The notes under the pieces: model-generated | The model's database searches: none | What the model was told of the DNA's origin: nothing | What the model saw: the letters and a program-made list of their open reading frames with translations, nothing else | DNA from: Bdellovibrionales bacterium | GTDB taxonomy: Bacteria; Bdellovibrionota; Bdellovibrionia; Bdellovibrionales; UBA1609 | NCBI GenBank assembly: GCA_019637855.1 | Contig: JAHBUX010000002.1 | Location: 194,806-258,805 of the forward strand | Length of the DNA stretch: 64,000 nucleotides | Direction of reading: 5' to 3' | Shown here: positions 16,454 through 24,962 of the stretch, in pieces | How positions within the stretch are numbered: position 1 is the stretch's first letter | How the letters are laid out: the number at the start of each line of letters is the position of its first letter | Translations under genes and position numbers: made by a program

Positions 16454-16975
16454 ATGCTCAAGCGCTTAACCTTAATCACCCTGATCTTCACCTTCGGAGC
16501 GCTGAACGTTTCCTGTAAATCGAAGCCGAAAGTAGATGCGTCCGCCCAGGCTGGCGAAGGCGTAGATGGCAAAATGGATCCCAACGTTTCGGGTACCAAT
16601 ATCGGTTTTGATCAAACGGGCAGTGATGGCGGGCAAATCGCCGGCTTGCAAAGCGTGCGTTTCGACTACGACTCAGCCACTCTGTCGAGCGAAGCTCGCC
16701 GCCAATTGGCTGACAATGCCGAGTGGATCAAACAAAACGGCAAAACCACCGTGCAGATCGAGGGTCACTGCGATAGCCGTGGTTCAGTGGAATACAACTT
16801 GGCCCTTGGTGAACGCCGTGCCAAAGCTGTGAAGAATTATCTGACCAGCCTCGGTATCGACTCCAAACGTTTAACCATCATCAGCTACGGTGAAGAAAAG
16901 CCGCTAGACTCCGGCGATTCGGAAGCCGCTTTCGCGAAAAACCGTCGTGCGAACTTCGTTCCTCTGGCTCAGTAG
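16454..16975 (+). CDS. pal: Peptidoglycan-associated lipoprotein Pal (OmpA-like domain)
   Basis: Lipobox (FGALNVSC). OmpA-like domain VRFDYDSATLS...IEGHCDSRGSVEYNLALGERRAKAV...NRRANFV. AAGGAG RBS. Confidence 0.9.
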   Translation: MLKRLTLITLIFTFGALNVSCKSKPKVDASAQAGEGVDGKMDPNVSGTNIGFDQTGSDGGQIAGLQSVRFDYDSATLSSEARRQLADNAEWIKQNGKTTVQIEGHCDSRGSVEYNLALGERRAKAVKNYLTSLGIDSKRLTIISYGEEKPLDSGDSEAAFAKNRRANFVPLAQ

Positions 16976-17267
16976 TCTTTTGTTCATTACCTTTGGGGTG
17001 AGCGGGTGTGTTACATCCCCGCCGCCCTATGAGGAGTACTCCCTGGCGCGTGTGGCGATGAAAGCGGCCGCCGACGCCGATGCCTCGCGCTTTGCGACAG
17101 GTCTGTACAATCGGGCCGAAGAGAATTTCCGCAACGGCCAGAAATCCTATCAAGACAACGATTTTGACCGGGCCAAGAAGCAGTTTCAGATGGCTATTCA
17201 ATTTGCCGAGAAGGCTGAGAACGCCACGCGACTTAAAAAATTCCAATCTGGAGATACGTTTCCATGA
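16947..17267 (+). CDS. Small lipoprotein (DUF4398-like helical protein)
   Basis: GTG start overlapping pal by 29 nt. Lipobox (FGVSGC). The helical body (YSLARVAMKAAADADASRFATGLYNRAEENF...) resembles the DUF4398 type often found next to OmpA-like genes. Confidence 0.6.
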   Translation: MRTSFLWLSSLLFITFGVSGCVTSPPPYEEYSLARVAMKAAADADASRFATGLYNRAEENFRNGQKSYQDNDFDRAKKQFQMAIQFAEKAENATRLKKFQSGDTFP

Positions 17268-17983
17268 CGCGCTCAACTTTTTTTGTTTGCATGATGATCT
17301 TGTTCACCGGCTGCTTGAAGACTCGGGCCGATCTGCGGGCTGAGAATCAAGATCCCACTCCGCAGAGACAAACTGTGGCGCAACAGCGGGCTGAGCGTGT
17401 GAGTCGTGAAGCGGCGCCTGCCGCTCCCGTCAAAGCGGCGCCGATGACCACGGCGGCGCGCTTTGAAGAGTATGACGATCAGATGCGCCAGCTGAATGGC
17501 CGTCTGGATGTGGTGGAAAACAGCGTGTCTCAGTTGGCCGCCGCCAAGCAGGGCGAACAGTCGGCGCAAAGCAAAGAGATTCAAGCCATAGATATTCGCC
17601 ATCAAGCCTATGAAGAGGCGCTGAAGAAAATGGAAGCGCAGATTGCCGCTTTGAGCGAAGAGGTGTCGCGGCTCAAGGCTCCTCCGCCGGCGCCTGTAGC
17701 GGCGGCACCGGCTGCAGGTCTCAAGACGCGCACGCCTTATGATGAGGGCGAAGCGTTCTTCAATACCAAGAAGTGGAAAGACGCTATCGACTCCTATCAG
17801 AAATACCGTGACACTTACCCGAAGGGAAAATCCTTCGCCGATGCGACCTACAAGATCGGTGCGGCCTTTCAAGAGCTGGGCATGAAGGATGAAGCCAAGC
17901 TGTTCTTTGAAGAAGTGAAGGACAAATTTCCCGGTTCGAAGGAGGCCAAGAAGGCCGCCATTCGTTTGAAATCGCACAAATGA
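17264..17983 (+). CDS. cpoB: Tol-Pal system protein CpoB/YbgF-like (coiled coil + TPR), lipoprotein
   Basis: ATGA-coupled start. Lipobox (LFTGC). Central coiled coil and C-terminal TPR-like region (YDEGEAFFNTKKWKDAIDSYQKYRDTYPKGKSFADATYKIGAAFQELG). Positioned after pal. Confidence 0.75.
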   Translation: MTRSTFFVCMMILFTGCLKTRADLRAENQDPTPQRQTVAQQRAERVSREAAPAAPVKAAPMTTAARFEEYDDQMRQLNGRLDVVENSVSQLAAAKQGEQSAQSKEIQAIDIRHQAYEEALKKMEAQIAALSEEVSRLKAPPPAPVAAAPAAGLKTRTPYDEGEAFFNTKKWKDAIDSYQKYRDTYPKGKSFADATYKIGAAFQELGMKDEAKLFFEEVKDKFPGSKEAKKAAIRLKSHK

Positions 17984-19008
17984 TCCTCGGCCTAGAAACC
18001 AGCTGCGACGACACCTCTGTCGCCGTGTTGGATTTGAATGGCGAAGTCAAAAGCCTGGTTTCAGCCAACCAAGATTCCTCGCATCGCCCGTTCGGTGGGG
18101 TTGTGCCCGAAGTGGCCAGTCGCCAACACACGGAAAACCTTTTGCCCTTGGTGGAGCAAGCCATGGCGGAGGGCGGGATCGCTTGGCCTTCGATCACCGG
18201 TATTGCGGTCACTAGCCGGCCCGGTTTGATAGGTTCACTCTTGGTGGGCGTGGTGAGTGCGAAGACGCTTAGCCTGGTGCGCGGGATTCCCTTTGTCGGC
18301 GTGAACCATATTGAAGGCCATTTGTTGGCGCCGCTTCTGCGCGATGCCAGCTATGGTCCGCCGATGGGATTCGATTTTCCCTACGTAGGGTTGGCGGTCA
18401 GCGGCGGTCACACGCATCTCTTTCATTGTGAGGCGCCGGGGCGCTATCGCTTACTGGGTAAGACCGTCGACGATGCGGCAGGTGAGGCGTTTGATAAATT
18501 TGCGAAGATGATGCGTTTAGGGTTCCCAGGCGGTTTGCAGGTAGATCGTCTGGCTGCCACTGGCGATCGTATGGCCTTTAAATTTCCGCGTGCTTTTATG
18601 CAAGATGAAGATTTGAACTTCAGTTTCTCGGGGCTCAAAACGGCAGCTTTGCGCCAGTTGGAAAGCCTGTCGGAGGCAGAAGCCAAAGCGCGCGTGTCTG
18701 ACCTGTGCGCCAGCTATCAAGAAGCTATCGTCGATGTGCTGGTCGAAAAGCTCGCGCGCGCCGCTCGTAAGTGTGGAGCGAAGAATTGGACGGTGACCGG
18801 AGGCGTGAGTGCCAACTCACGGTTGCGGGCTCGGGCGCAGGAGATGGCCTCAGCTCAAGGCGCCCGCCTGGCTTTGCCCCCGCTACGCTACTGCACGGAC
18901 AATGCTGCAATGATCGCTTTGGCGGGGCTCTATCGTCTGCGAGCGGGCGCCGTTTCACCGCAGGATCTCAGTCCCAGCGCCGCTTCACTGCCGGGCGATT
19001 TTCAATGA
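17980..19008 (+). CDS. tsaD: tRNA N6-adenosine threonylcarbamoyltransferase TsaD
   Basis: MILGLETSCDDTSVAVLD, GVNHIEGHLLAP, VSGGHTHL, GEAFDKFAKMM, GGVSANSRLR. 342 aa. Confidence 0.95.
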   Translation: MILGLETSCDDTSVAVLDLNGEVKSLVSANQDSSHRPFGGVVPEVASRQHTENLLPLVEQAMAEGGIAWPSITGIAVTSRPGLIGSLLVGVVSAKTLSLVRGIPFVGVNHIEGHLLAPLLRDASYGPPMGFDFPYVGLAVSGGHTHLFHCEAPGRYRLLGKTVDDAAGEAFDKFAKMMRLGFPGGLQVDRLAATGDRMAFKFPRAFMQDEDLNFSFSGLKTAALRQLESLSEAEAKARVSDLCASYQEAIVDVLVEKLARAARKCGAKNWTVTGGVSANSRLRARAQEMASAQGARLALPPLRYCTDNAAMIALAGLYRLRAGAVSPQDLSPSAASLPGDFQ

Positions 19009-19811
19009 GAAGCACATTTGATTTGAAACAGAAGCTTGAGCAGATGGGATTGGCACCCAAAAAAGCGTTTGGGCAAAATTTTTTGATCAACACACAAGTG
19101 ATCGAGAAGATCGTCGCGGCGGTGGCGTCGAAGCCTTATGTGGATCTGCTTGAGATCGGGCCGGGCTTGGGCGCGATCACTGAACCGCTTATGGACGTCG
19201 GCCGTACACCTCGCTTGATTGAGCTTGATCCCGAGTTGATCGAGTACTGGCGCAAGCGCTCTTTGCAGGTGATCGATCAAGATGCTCTCAAGGTGGATTG
19301 GTCCGCTTTGGGTTTGCGTGAACCCTCTTTATTGGTGAGCAATCTACCGTATCAGATCTCCACCCATATCGTGATTGACCGTTGCTTCAGTCCGCGCGAG
19401 CTGAAATGGATGGTCTTGATGTTTCAAAAAGAGGTGGCGCAGCGTTTGATGGCGGCCCCACATAGTAAAGAGTACGGCCTGTTGTCGGTGATGGCTCAGC
19501 TGCATTTCAAGATGAGCAAAGTGGCCGATGCGGCTCCTCAGGACTTCTTTCCCGCGCCCAAAGTGGCTTCCCGGGTTTTGGCCTTTGAGCGCCGTGAGGT
19601 TGTGGGCCTGGGCATGCCATTTCTGAAGTTCGTAAAGGCTGGCTTCGCCTTCCGCCGCAAGTTTTTGTTGAAAAACCTGAAAGGGGTGGTGGATAAAGCC
19701 AAGCAGGAGCACTTGCTCGCGGTTTTGCGAGAGCTTGGGCACTCCGAGAAGGCGCGGGCGGAAGAGCTTACGCCAGACGACTTTGCAGCGTTGTTTAAAA
19801 GGATGCAATGA
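19005..19811 (+). CDS. rsmA: 16S rRNA (adenine1518/1519-N6)-dimethyltransferase RsmA/KsgA
   Basis: The ATG at 19005 overlaps the tsaD stop (ATGA). Motifs: KKAFGQNFLIN, LEIGPGLGAIT, LVSNLPYQIST. The track ORF beginning at 18771 is an upstream in-frame extension. Confidence 0.9.
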   Translation: MRSTFDLKQKLEQMGLAPKKAFGQNFLINTQVIEKIVAAVASKPYVDLLEIGPGLGAITEPLMDVGRTPRLIELDPELIEYWRKRSLQVIDQDALKVDWSALGLREPSLLVSNLPYQISTHIVIDRCFSPRELKWMVLMFQKEVAQRLMAAPHSKEYGLLSVMAQLHFKMSKVADAAPQDFFPAPKVASRVLAFERREVVGLGMPFLKFVKAGFAFRRKFLLKNLKGVVDKAKQEHLLAVLRELGHSEKARAEELTPDDFAALFKRMQ

Positions 19812-20260
19812 GCATTAAGATCATCAACGACAATAAAAAAGCGCGCTTCGATTTCGAGATCATCGAAACTTTCGAAGCCGGCTTGGTGCTCACGGGCTCG
19901 GAGGTCAAGAGCCTGCGTCAGAATCAGTGCACGCTGAAGGATGCATACGTGGCCTTCCGTGGCCACGAGGCCTATTTGCAGAAGGCTCACATCCCGATCT
20001 ATTTGGCCTCCAGCTACAACAACCATGAGCCTGAGCGCGTACGCAAGCTCCTCCTGCACGACACCGAACTTGCCAAGATCTATACGGCGATCACGGAGAA
20101 AAGCCTGACTTGTGTGCCGCTCAAGATCTATTGGAAGAAGGGCTTTGCCAAGGTCGAAATCGGGATCGCCCGGGGTAAGAAAAAGGGCGACAAGCGCCAG
20201 GCCGTGAAGAGTCGAGAAGCCGACCGCGAAATTCAGCGTTCGCTGCGTAAGTCTCGCTAA
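19808..20260 (+). CDS. smpB: SsrA-binding protein SmpB
   Basis: NKKARFDFEIIETFEAGLVLTGSEVKSLR and RVRKLLLH. 150 aa. Confidence 0.95.
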   Translation: MSIKIINDNKKARFDFEIIETFEAGLVLTGSEVKSLRQNQCTLKDAYVAFRGHEAYLQKAHIPIYLASSYNNHEPERVRKLLLHDTELAKIYTAITEKSLTCVPLKIYWKKGFAKVEIGIARGKKKGDKRQAVKSREADREIQRSLRKSR

Positions 20261-20311
20261 AAGTCCAGGTTGTTGTTTGCAGGGTTTCGGCCCTCTCTTT
20301 ATTATAAGCAT

Positions 20312-21016
20312 ATGAATCGGATATCGGTTTTCACAGTGATGTTGGCTCTTTCGCTTCTAGCTTGCGCCAAGCGCGCTCCGCGGCCGGAAGAGGTGCGCAA
20401 AGAGGATCGACAAACCATTGCTTCGGCTCTGACCGAAGAGATGTCTTTAAAGGCCGACCGTGACGAGTTGGCGGAGCTGCGCAAAGACATTCCAGCCGAA
20501 ACCCAAAGAGCCAATGATGAGTTGGCTCTGCAACTTGGATTGATGAAGCAGGGGACAGAGACTCCGGCAACGGTGCGCGATCGGTTTCAAACACTGGTGC
20601 AGCGCAAGCGCAGCGATTTTCGCAAGAAGGTCGAGCGTCTGCGCAACGACTACCGTCAAGAAGAGACTCGCCGCCGCGAAGACTTTACGGTGACGCAGAA
20701 GAGGACGCGCGAGAATTTTATGAAGCGCAAACGTGACCGCACGGAGTTGCAGCGTTTTTCTTCCGATCAGGAACGTGATCGTTCGCGCTTCTTCGCCGAT
20801 GAGCGTGATCGCCGCTCCAATTTCGAAGCAGAAGTGAATGCCCGCTCGCGCGATTTCGAGAGCTACATGCGGGAGCGCAGCAACGAGTTCAATGAACAGT
20901 ATCGCTTGTACTCCAAGAAATTTTCGGAGAAACCCAAAGAGAAGAAAGCCGTTACGGGTGACGAGTTTCAAAAGCTCGACAGTCTACCGGCGAAAGAATT
21001 AGGAACAGAGGAGTGA
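20312..21016 (+). CDS. Lipoprotein with eleven 11-residue (hendecad) R-x-D/N-F repeats
   Basis: The internal ATG gives MNRISVFTVMLALSLLAC (lipobox). The body is highly charged, with an aromatic residue every 11 residues (see findings). Confidence 0.65.
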   Translation: MNRISVFTVMLALSLLACAKRAPRPEEVRKEDRQTIASALTEEMSLKADRDELAELRKDIPAETQRANDELALQLGLMKQGTETPATVRDRFQTLVQRKRSDFRKKVERLRNDYRQEETRRREDFTVTQKRTRENFMKRKRDRTELQRFSSDQERDRSRFFADERDRRSNFEAEVNARSRDFESYMRERSNEFNEQYRLYSKKFSEKPKEKKAVTGDEFQKLDSLPAKELGTEE

Positions 21017-21020
21017 AGCT

Positions 21021-21413
21021 ATGTGGATGACCTTGGTGCTGGCGTACTCTGTTCATGCCGGTGAGTTGAAGGTTCAGAATGCGAGTGGTGCGGCTTTCCG
21101 CCGCCTATTTGCGGTGTGTGATTCTACCAGTGAAAAATGCTTCGGCGGCAAATGTAAGTTGGCGCTGACCGAGTTGCGCTGCGAACGCGTCCCTGACAGC
21201 ATGAAGGCCAGCTGCACTTTTAAGTGCAATGGCAATGAGCATATGTTGACCGGTGATCAAGCGCTCAGCGTTTTCAAAGCGGTTGAAAGTCATAAGAAGA
21301 TGATCGAGAAGACTGAGAGCACAGAGACGTTCAAAGACGCCAGTGTGGCGTGTGAAGCTTTGAAGAGCGAGACCTCTGGCCTTTGTAAAATCAAGCATTC
21401 CAAGATCAAGTAA
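21021..21413 (+). CDS. Small secreted cysteine-rich protein, unknown function
   Basis: 130 aa with a short signal-like N-terminus (MWMTLVLAYSVHA) and 8 Cys. GGAGTG RBS. Confidence 0.55.
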   Translation: MWMTLVLAYSVHAGELKVQNASGAAFRRLFAVCDSTSEKCFGGKCKLALTELRCERVPDSMKASCTFKCNGNEHMLTGDQALSVFKAVESHKKMIEKTESTETFKDASVACEALKSETSGLCKIKHSKIK

Positions 21414-21422
21414 GGACAATCT

Positions 21423-22214
21423 ATGGCCAAATCGGCGCGCAGATGGGTGGTCAAGGCGGGAAGCCAGATGGTGTGTTCAGGCGGACCGCTGTTGTTGCGG
21501 GCTTGGATGCAGCAGGTGGCGCAGCTGCGCAAACAGCATGGCATCGATGTGATCTGGGTGACTTCAGGTGCTATCGCTTGGGCGGCCGAACACACTGGTT
21601 TTAAAAACGGCGCCAAGCGCACTCTTCCGCAGAAGCAAGCGCTCAGTGCGGTCGGGCAACCTCTCGTGATGGATCAATACAACCTGGCATTACACGCCAC
21701 CAAACTGATCGGCTCACAAGTCTTGCTCACCGCTGGTGATATGCGGGATCCGGTGCGCCGGCGTAATTTACAAAACACCTTGAAGCAGCTGATCGCGTGG
21801 CAAGTGATTCCGATTCTGAATGAAAACGATGCGGTCGCCACCGAAGAGATCCGTTTTGGTGACAACGATTCACTTGCTTCACAGGTGGCTGTGATGATGA
21901 AGGCCGAGCGTTTGGTGCTCTTGACCGATGTGGATGGACTCTACGATGCGGACCCTAAGAAGCATCGTCACGCACAGCTGATCTCTTATCGCGCCAGTTT
22001 AGCTAAGAAAGACTTGGACCTGGCGCGGGGAAAGTCGGTGTCCAAGATGGGAACGGGCGGAATGTATTCAAAACTTCTGGCGGCGCAAAAGGCCAGTCGC
22101 GAAGGTATCGTCACTCACCTAGTGCGTGGAGATATTCCGGGGCATCTGCTGACGCTGGCTGAAGGCGGTTCGGTCGGCACTCAGGTCGGTGGTCGCCCTT
22201 CGAAGCGCGCTTAA
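21423..22214 (+). CDS. proB: Glutamate 5-kinase (short form without PUA domain)
   Basis: RWVVKAGSQMV, PILNENDAVATEEIRFGDNDSLASQVA, LLTDVDGLYDADP, GTGGMYSKL. 263 aa. Confidence 0.9.
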   Translation: MAKSARRWVVKAGSQMVCSGGPLLLRAWMQQVAQLRKQHGIDVIWVTSGAIAWAAEHTGFKNGAKRTLPQKQALSAVGQPLVMDQYNLALHATKLIGSQVLLTAGDMRDPVRRRNLQNTLKQLIAWQVIPILNENDAVATEEIRFGDNDSLASQVAVMMKAERLVLLTDVDGLYDADPKKHRHAQLISYRASLAKKDLDLARGKSVSKMGTGGMYSKLLAAQKASREGIVTHLVRGDIPGHLLTLAEGGSVGTQVGGRPSKRA

Positions 22215-22232
22215 GAAAGTGAGAGAGTCTTT

Positions 22233-23489
22233 ATGTCTGGTAAACTCTTAGCTCCTGATTTTGAATCGGATATTCGCCGTCTGCGCGCCTGCGCACGTAG
22301 TCAGCGCTCGCTTTCGGCCGATCGCAAAAATGCGAAACTGCGGGAGTTGGCCGAGGCTCTTGTGCGCGAATCCGCTCGTGTGCTGGCGGCCAATGCCGAA
22401 GATCTTGCGCGCCTGCCCGCCACTCAACCGGCGGCCTTTCGTGATCGCCTAACCTTAAATGAACAGCGCATCGCGGGAATGGCCGAGTCCCTTCGCCAAG
22501 TGGCGGCTTTGCCTGACCCCGTTGGCGAGATTGTTGAGCAAAAGATTTTGGCCAATGGCTTAAAAGTGCGCCGGGTGCGCGCTCCTTTGGGCGTGATCTT
22601 TATGGTGTTCGAGTCGCGACCCAATGTGATCACCGAAGCTTTCTCCTTGGCCTATAAGTCGGGCAACGTGATCTTGCTGCGTGGGGGTTCGGAGTCGCGT
22701 GCCACGGCGGATGTGATCTATGAGCTGATGCAAAAGACCTTGGGCGAACCGCCGCCATTTTTAGGCGTGCGCGACTATGATCGCGATGTGGTCGCCGCTC
22801 TTTTGCAGCGTAAGGATCTGATCGATATCACAGTTCCGCGCGGTGGTGAGGCGCTCATTGATTTTGTACAGAGGACCGCCTTGATGCCGATCATTAAGAA
22901 TGATCGTGGCCTATGCCACACCTATGTGGATGATGAAGCCGATGTGGATATGGCGGTGAAGATCGTGCACAACGCCAAGGTGCAAAGACCGGGCGTGTGC
23001 AATGCTCTCGAAACTCTTTTGGTGCATGAGAAGGTAGCATCGACATTTCTTCCCAAACTCTATGCGACCACAGAGAGCGTGGGACTGCAATGGCATGTAG
23101 ATCCGGTTAGCAACCAGGTGCTCAAGGGCCTTGCGCGTGTGCAGCCGGCCAGCGAAAAGGATTGGGATACGGAGTATCTGGATTTGATCCTCAACTGCCG
23201 AGTGGTGAAGAACTTAGACGAAGCTTTGCAACATATTGAACGTTACGGCTCAAAGCACTCCGAAGCTATCGTGACGGCCAATGAAACCAAAGCTCGCCGT
23301 TTTCAAGACGAGGTCGACGCGGCGGCGGTGTATTGGAATGCGTCCACTCGCTTCACTGATGGTTTTGAGTTGGGTTTAGGGGGAGAATTGGGTGTCAGCA
23401 CACAGAAGCTGCACGTGCGCGGCCCAGTAGGCTTGCGCGAACTGACCACTCCACGTTGGATCGTGGACGGCCGCGGTCAGATTCGCTAG
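22233..23489 (+). CDS. proA: Gamma-glutamyl phosphate reductase
   Basis: 418 aa. Motifs: GVIFMVFESRPNV, NVILLRGGSE, VCNALETLLVH, GSKHSEAIVT, ASTRFTDGFELGLG. Confidence 0.95.
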   Translation: MSGKLLAPDFESDIRRLRACARSQRSLSADRKNAKLRELAEALVRESARVLAANAEDLARLPATQPAAFRDRLTLNEQRIAGMAESLRQVAALPDPVGEIVEQKILANGLKVRRVRAPLGVIFMVFESRPNVITEAFSLAYKSGNVILLRGGSESRATADVIYELMQKTLGEPPPFLGVRDYDRDVVAALLQRKDLIDITVPRGGEALIDFVQRTALMPIIKNDRGLCHTYVDDEADVDMAVKIVHNAKVQRPGVCNALETLLVHEKVASTFLPKLYATTESVGLQWHVDPVSNQVLKGLARVQPASEKDWDTEYLDLILNCRVVKNLDEALQHIERYGSKHSEAIVTANETKARRFQDEVDAAAVYWNASTRFTDGFELGLGGELGVSTQKLHVRGPVGLRELTTPRWIVDGRGQIR

Positions 23490-24100
23490 CTATCTTTGAT
23501 CTCATAGATCGTTTTTGTCAGCTCTTCAACTTTTGTTTCAACACGATCTTGGCGCGCGAATAATCCGGTGAGCCCATCCAGAACGATCTTGTTGCGCGCA
23601 TTTTGCTCTTCAATCAACAGAGCCAAGCGATGGATTTCGGAGACAATTGGCGAGAGCTTGGATTCTAGTTTAGCGTCTAACTTAGCTTCCCAAGAGGCCT
23701 CCAGGTTGGAGAAGCGAGCTTCAAGATTTGTCTCGAGCGCATCGAACCTTTTGTCGATGCCATCCAACCTAGCATCGATGCCGTCGAACCTAGCATCAAT
23801 GCTAATGAACCTAGCGTCGATGCCGTCGAACCTAGCATCAATGCTAGTGAACCTAGCGTCGATGCTAGTAAACTTAGCATCAATGCCGTCGAACTTAGCA
23901 TCGATGCTAGTGAACCTAGCATCAATGCCAGTAAACTTTGCGTCTAACTCTCTAAAACGAGCATCAAACTTTGCATCGAGAGAGCGTATTTCCGACTTTA
24001 AATCGTCGCGCACAATAAAGAGCATCTTCTGCGTGACGGGAACGTCCTCTGATCGTTGGGGATATTTTTTGGGCTTTACGGAGACCTTTTTCTTAACCAT
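23486..24100 (-). CDS. Coiled-coil protein with ten tandem heptads (I/L-D-A-K/R-F-D/T-G/S)
   Basis: ORF 23486..24118 begins with TTG; the first ATG is at 24100 (MVKKKVSVKPKKY...). It has a basic N-terminus, a heptad array, and a non-repetitive C-terminal helical region. Its stop overlaps the proA stop by 4 nt. Confidence 0.7.
   Translation of the reverse strand: MVKKKVSVKPKKYPQRSEDVPVTQKMLFIVRDDLKSEIRSLDAKFDARFRELDAKFTGIDARFTSIDAKFDGIDAKFTSIDARFTSIDARFDGIDARFISIDARFDGIDARLDGIDKRFDALETNLEARFSNLEASWEAKLDAKLESKLSPIVSEIHRLALLIEEQNARNKIVLDGLTGLFARQDRVETKVEELTKTIYEIKDS
23738..23947 (-). repeat. 21-nt tandem repeat, about 10 units, in-frame within the coiled-coil gene
   Basis: Units such as gatgccgtcgaacctagcatc / aatgctagtgaacctagcgtc alternate on the + strand. 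They encode LDAKFTG IDARFTS IDAKFDG IDAKFTS IDARFTS IDARFDG IDARFIS IDARFDG IDARLDG IDKRFDA. Confidence 0.9.
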
Positions 24101-24203
24101 GAGTTGAGACCCTATCAAGAGCCGTGCCGATGCTCAATAGCGATAGGCTGTAACGAGACGCGCAGACGTCCGGATTGGTTTGTGCGTCATGTCCGAGTGG
24201 CGG

Positions 24204-24905
24204 TCAGATGCGTCTTTTGAAGCGCCACTGGGGATGGTGTTTCATCAGTTGGAGTTGTTGCGTAACGAGGATGTCGAAAACCTCCAACAGGTGATCGTGC
24301 CTGCGGCTGGCAGCGTTGAAGCCCACGTTGTCGGCCAGCAGCTCCAGGGACTGATGGATGGCTTCGATGGTGGAGTAAAAATTAGGGCGTGGCTGTTTGC
24401 GCACACGGAAGCGCGAAGCCGTTGCGGGGGTGAACTGCACGCGTGGCAAATACGCGAGGTTTTCACTTTGATTAACCATCTTCTTTGACGTTCCCCAAGT
24501 GCCGTCGATTACAAAAAGAACCGGCTTCTTGCCCGACTCGAATACGCGCGCGGGTTGCGGCAGTGTCGAGAGATTTGCTGATTTCTGACCGGGATAAAGT
24601 AGCAGGCACCGATTGCCTGGATCATTGATAAGCGCATTCACTCTCTCGTTGTGAGTGAAGGTTTGGCCGCGGATCAATTCGGAGTTCTTTAAAATCAAAT
24701 GCGACATGCGGCCCGTGGCCACGCGCCGGGCCGCTTCGATCGGATGAATAAGAATGGCAAACTTCAAACCCGGATCGAATGGTTGCAAATGAGCACAATA
24801 ACAGCTGAACTCCGGTTGAAAACACTTAAGGCAGGCGTGCCGTCGGCGCGGCTCCAACTTTTTCAGTGCGAGCGCGCGACGTTCCCGATAGGTCTCAATA
24901 TCCAT
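24204..24905 (-). CDS. DTW domain protein (tRNA-uridine aminocarboxypropyltransferase family)
   Basis: N-terminal Cys cluster (CLKCFQPEFSCYC) and DTW motif (VLFVIDGTWGTSKKM). The first ATG is at 24905; the track ORF starts at a TTG at 24944. Confidence 0.8.
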   Translation of the reverse strand: MDIETYRERRALALKKLEPRRRHACLKCFQPEFSCYCAHLQPFDPGLKFAILIHPIEAARRVATGRMSHLILKNSELIRGQTFTHNERVNALINDPGNRCLLLYPGQKSANLSTLPQPARVFESGKKPVLFVIDGTWGTSKKMVNQSENLAYLPRVQFTPATASRFRVRKQPRPNFYSTIEAIHQSLELLADNVGFNAASRRHDHLLEVFDILVTQQLQLMKHHPQWRFKRRI

Positions 24906-24962
24906 CTCGGTTATGGTACCGAGATGCAGTTTATTTATTAACAAGCCAGGAGAGGACTGGAC

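Noticed and set aside
17273-17977. Long antisense ORFs opposite real genes. Examples: 17273-17977 vs cpoB, 11194-11634 vs coaD, 40380-40964 vs dacB, 43039-43707 vs the FN3-like gene, 57563-58132 and 58307-58822 vs murD, 7379-7927 vs the kinase, and 19538-20311 vs rsmA/smpB.
   Set aside because: These are typical GC-rich shadow frames. Their products are Arg/Gly/His-rich or low-complexity, they lack starts with an RBS, and the opposite strand carries unmistakable conserved motifs.
18771-19004. N-terminal extensions proposed by the ORF track. Examples: rsmA from 18771, dacB from 40017, SLT from 41380, PhoD-like from 29476, lipoprotein from 20270, OmpA-family from 33826, giant lipoprotein from 62377, PilZ-like from 8252.
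   Set aside because: In each case an internal start codon removes a long overlap with the upstream gene. It also exposes a proper signal peptide, lipobox or conserved N-terminus, often with a better RBS.
23738-23947. Regular short repeats that could be mistaken for a CRISPR array
   Set aside because: The units are contiguous 21-mers with no spacers. They lie inside an ORF and keep its frame. No cas genes or leader are present.
23568-24107. 179-aa plus-strand ORF with SNLASMP repeats, antisense to the heptad-repeat gene
   Set aside because: This is a shadow of the 21-nt in-frame repeat. Its product is low-complexity and Ser-rich, with no credible termini. The minus-strand frame has a basic N-terminus, a perfect heptad pattern and a unique C-terminal domain.
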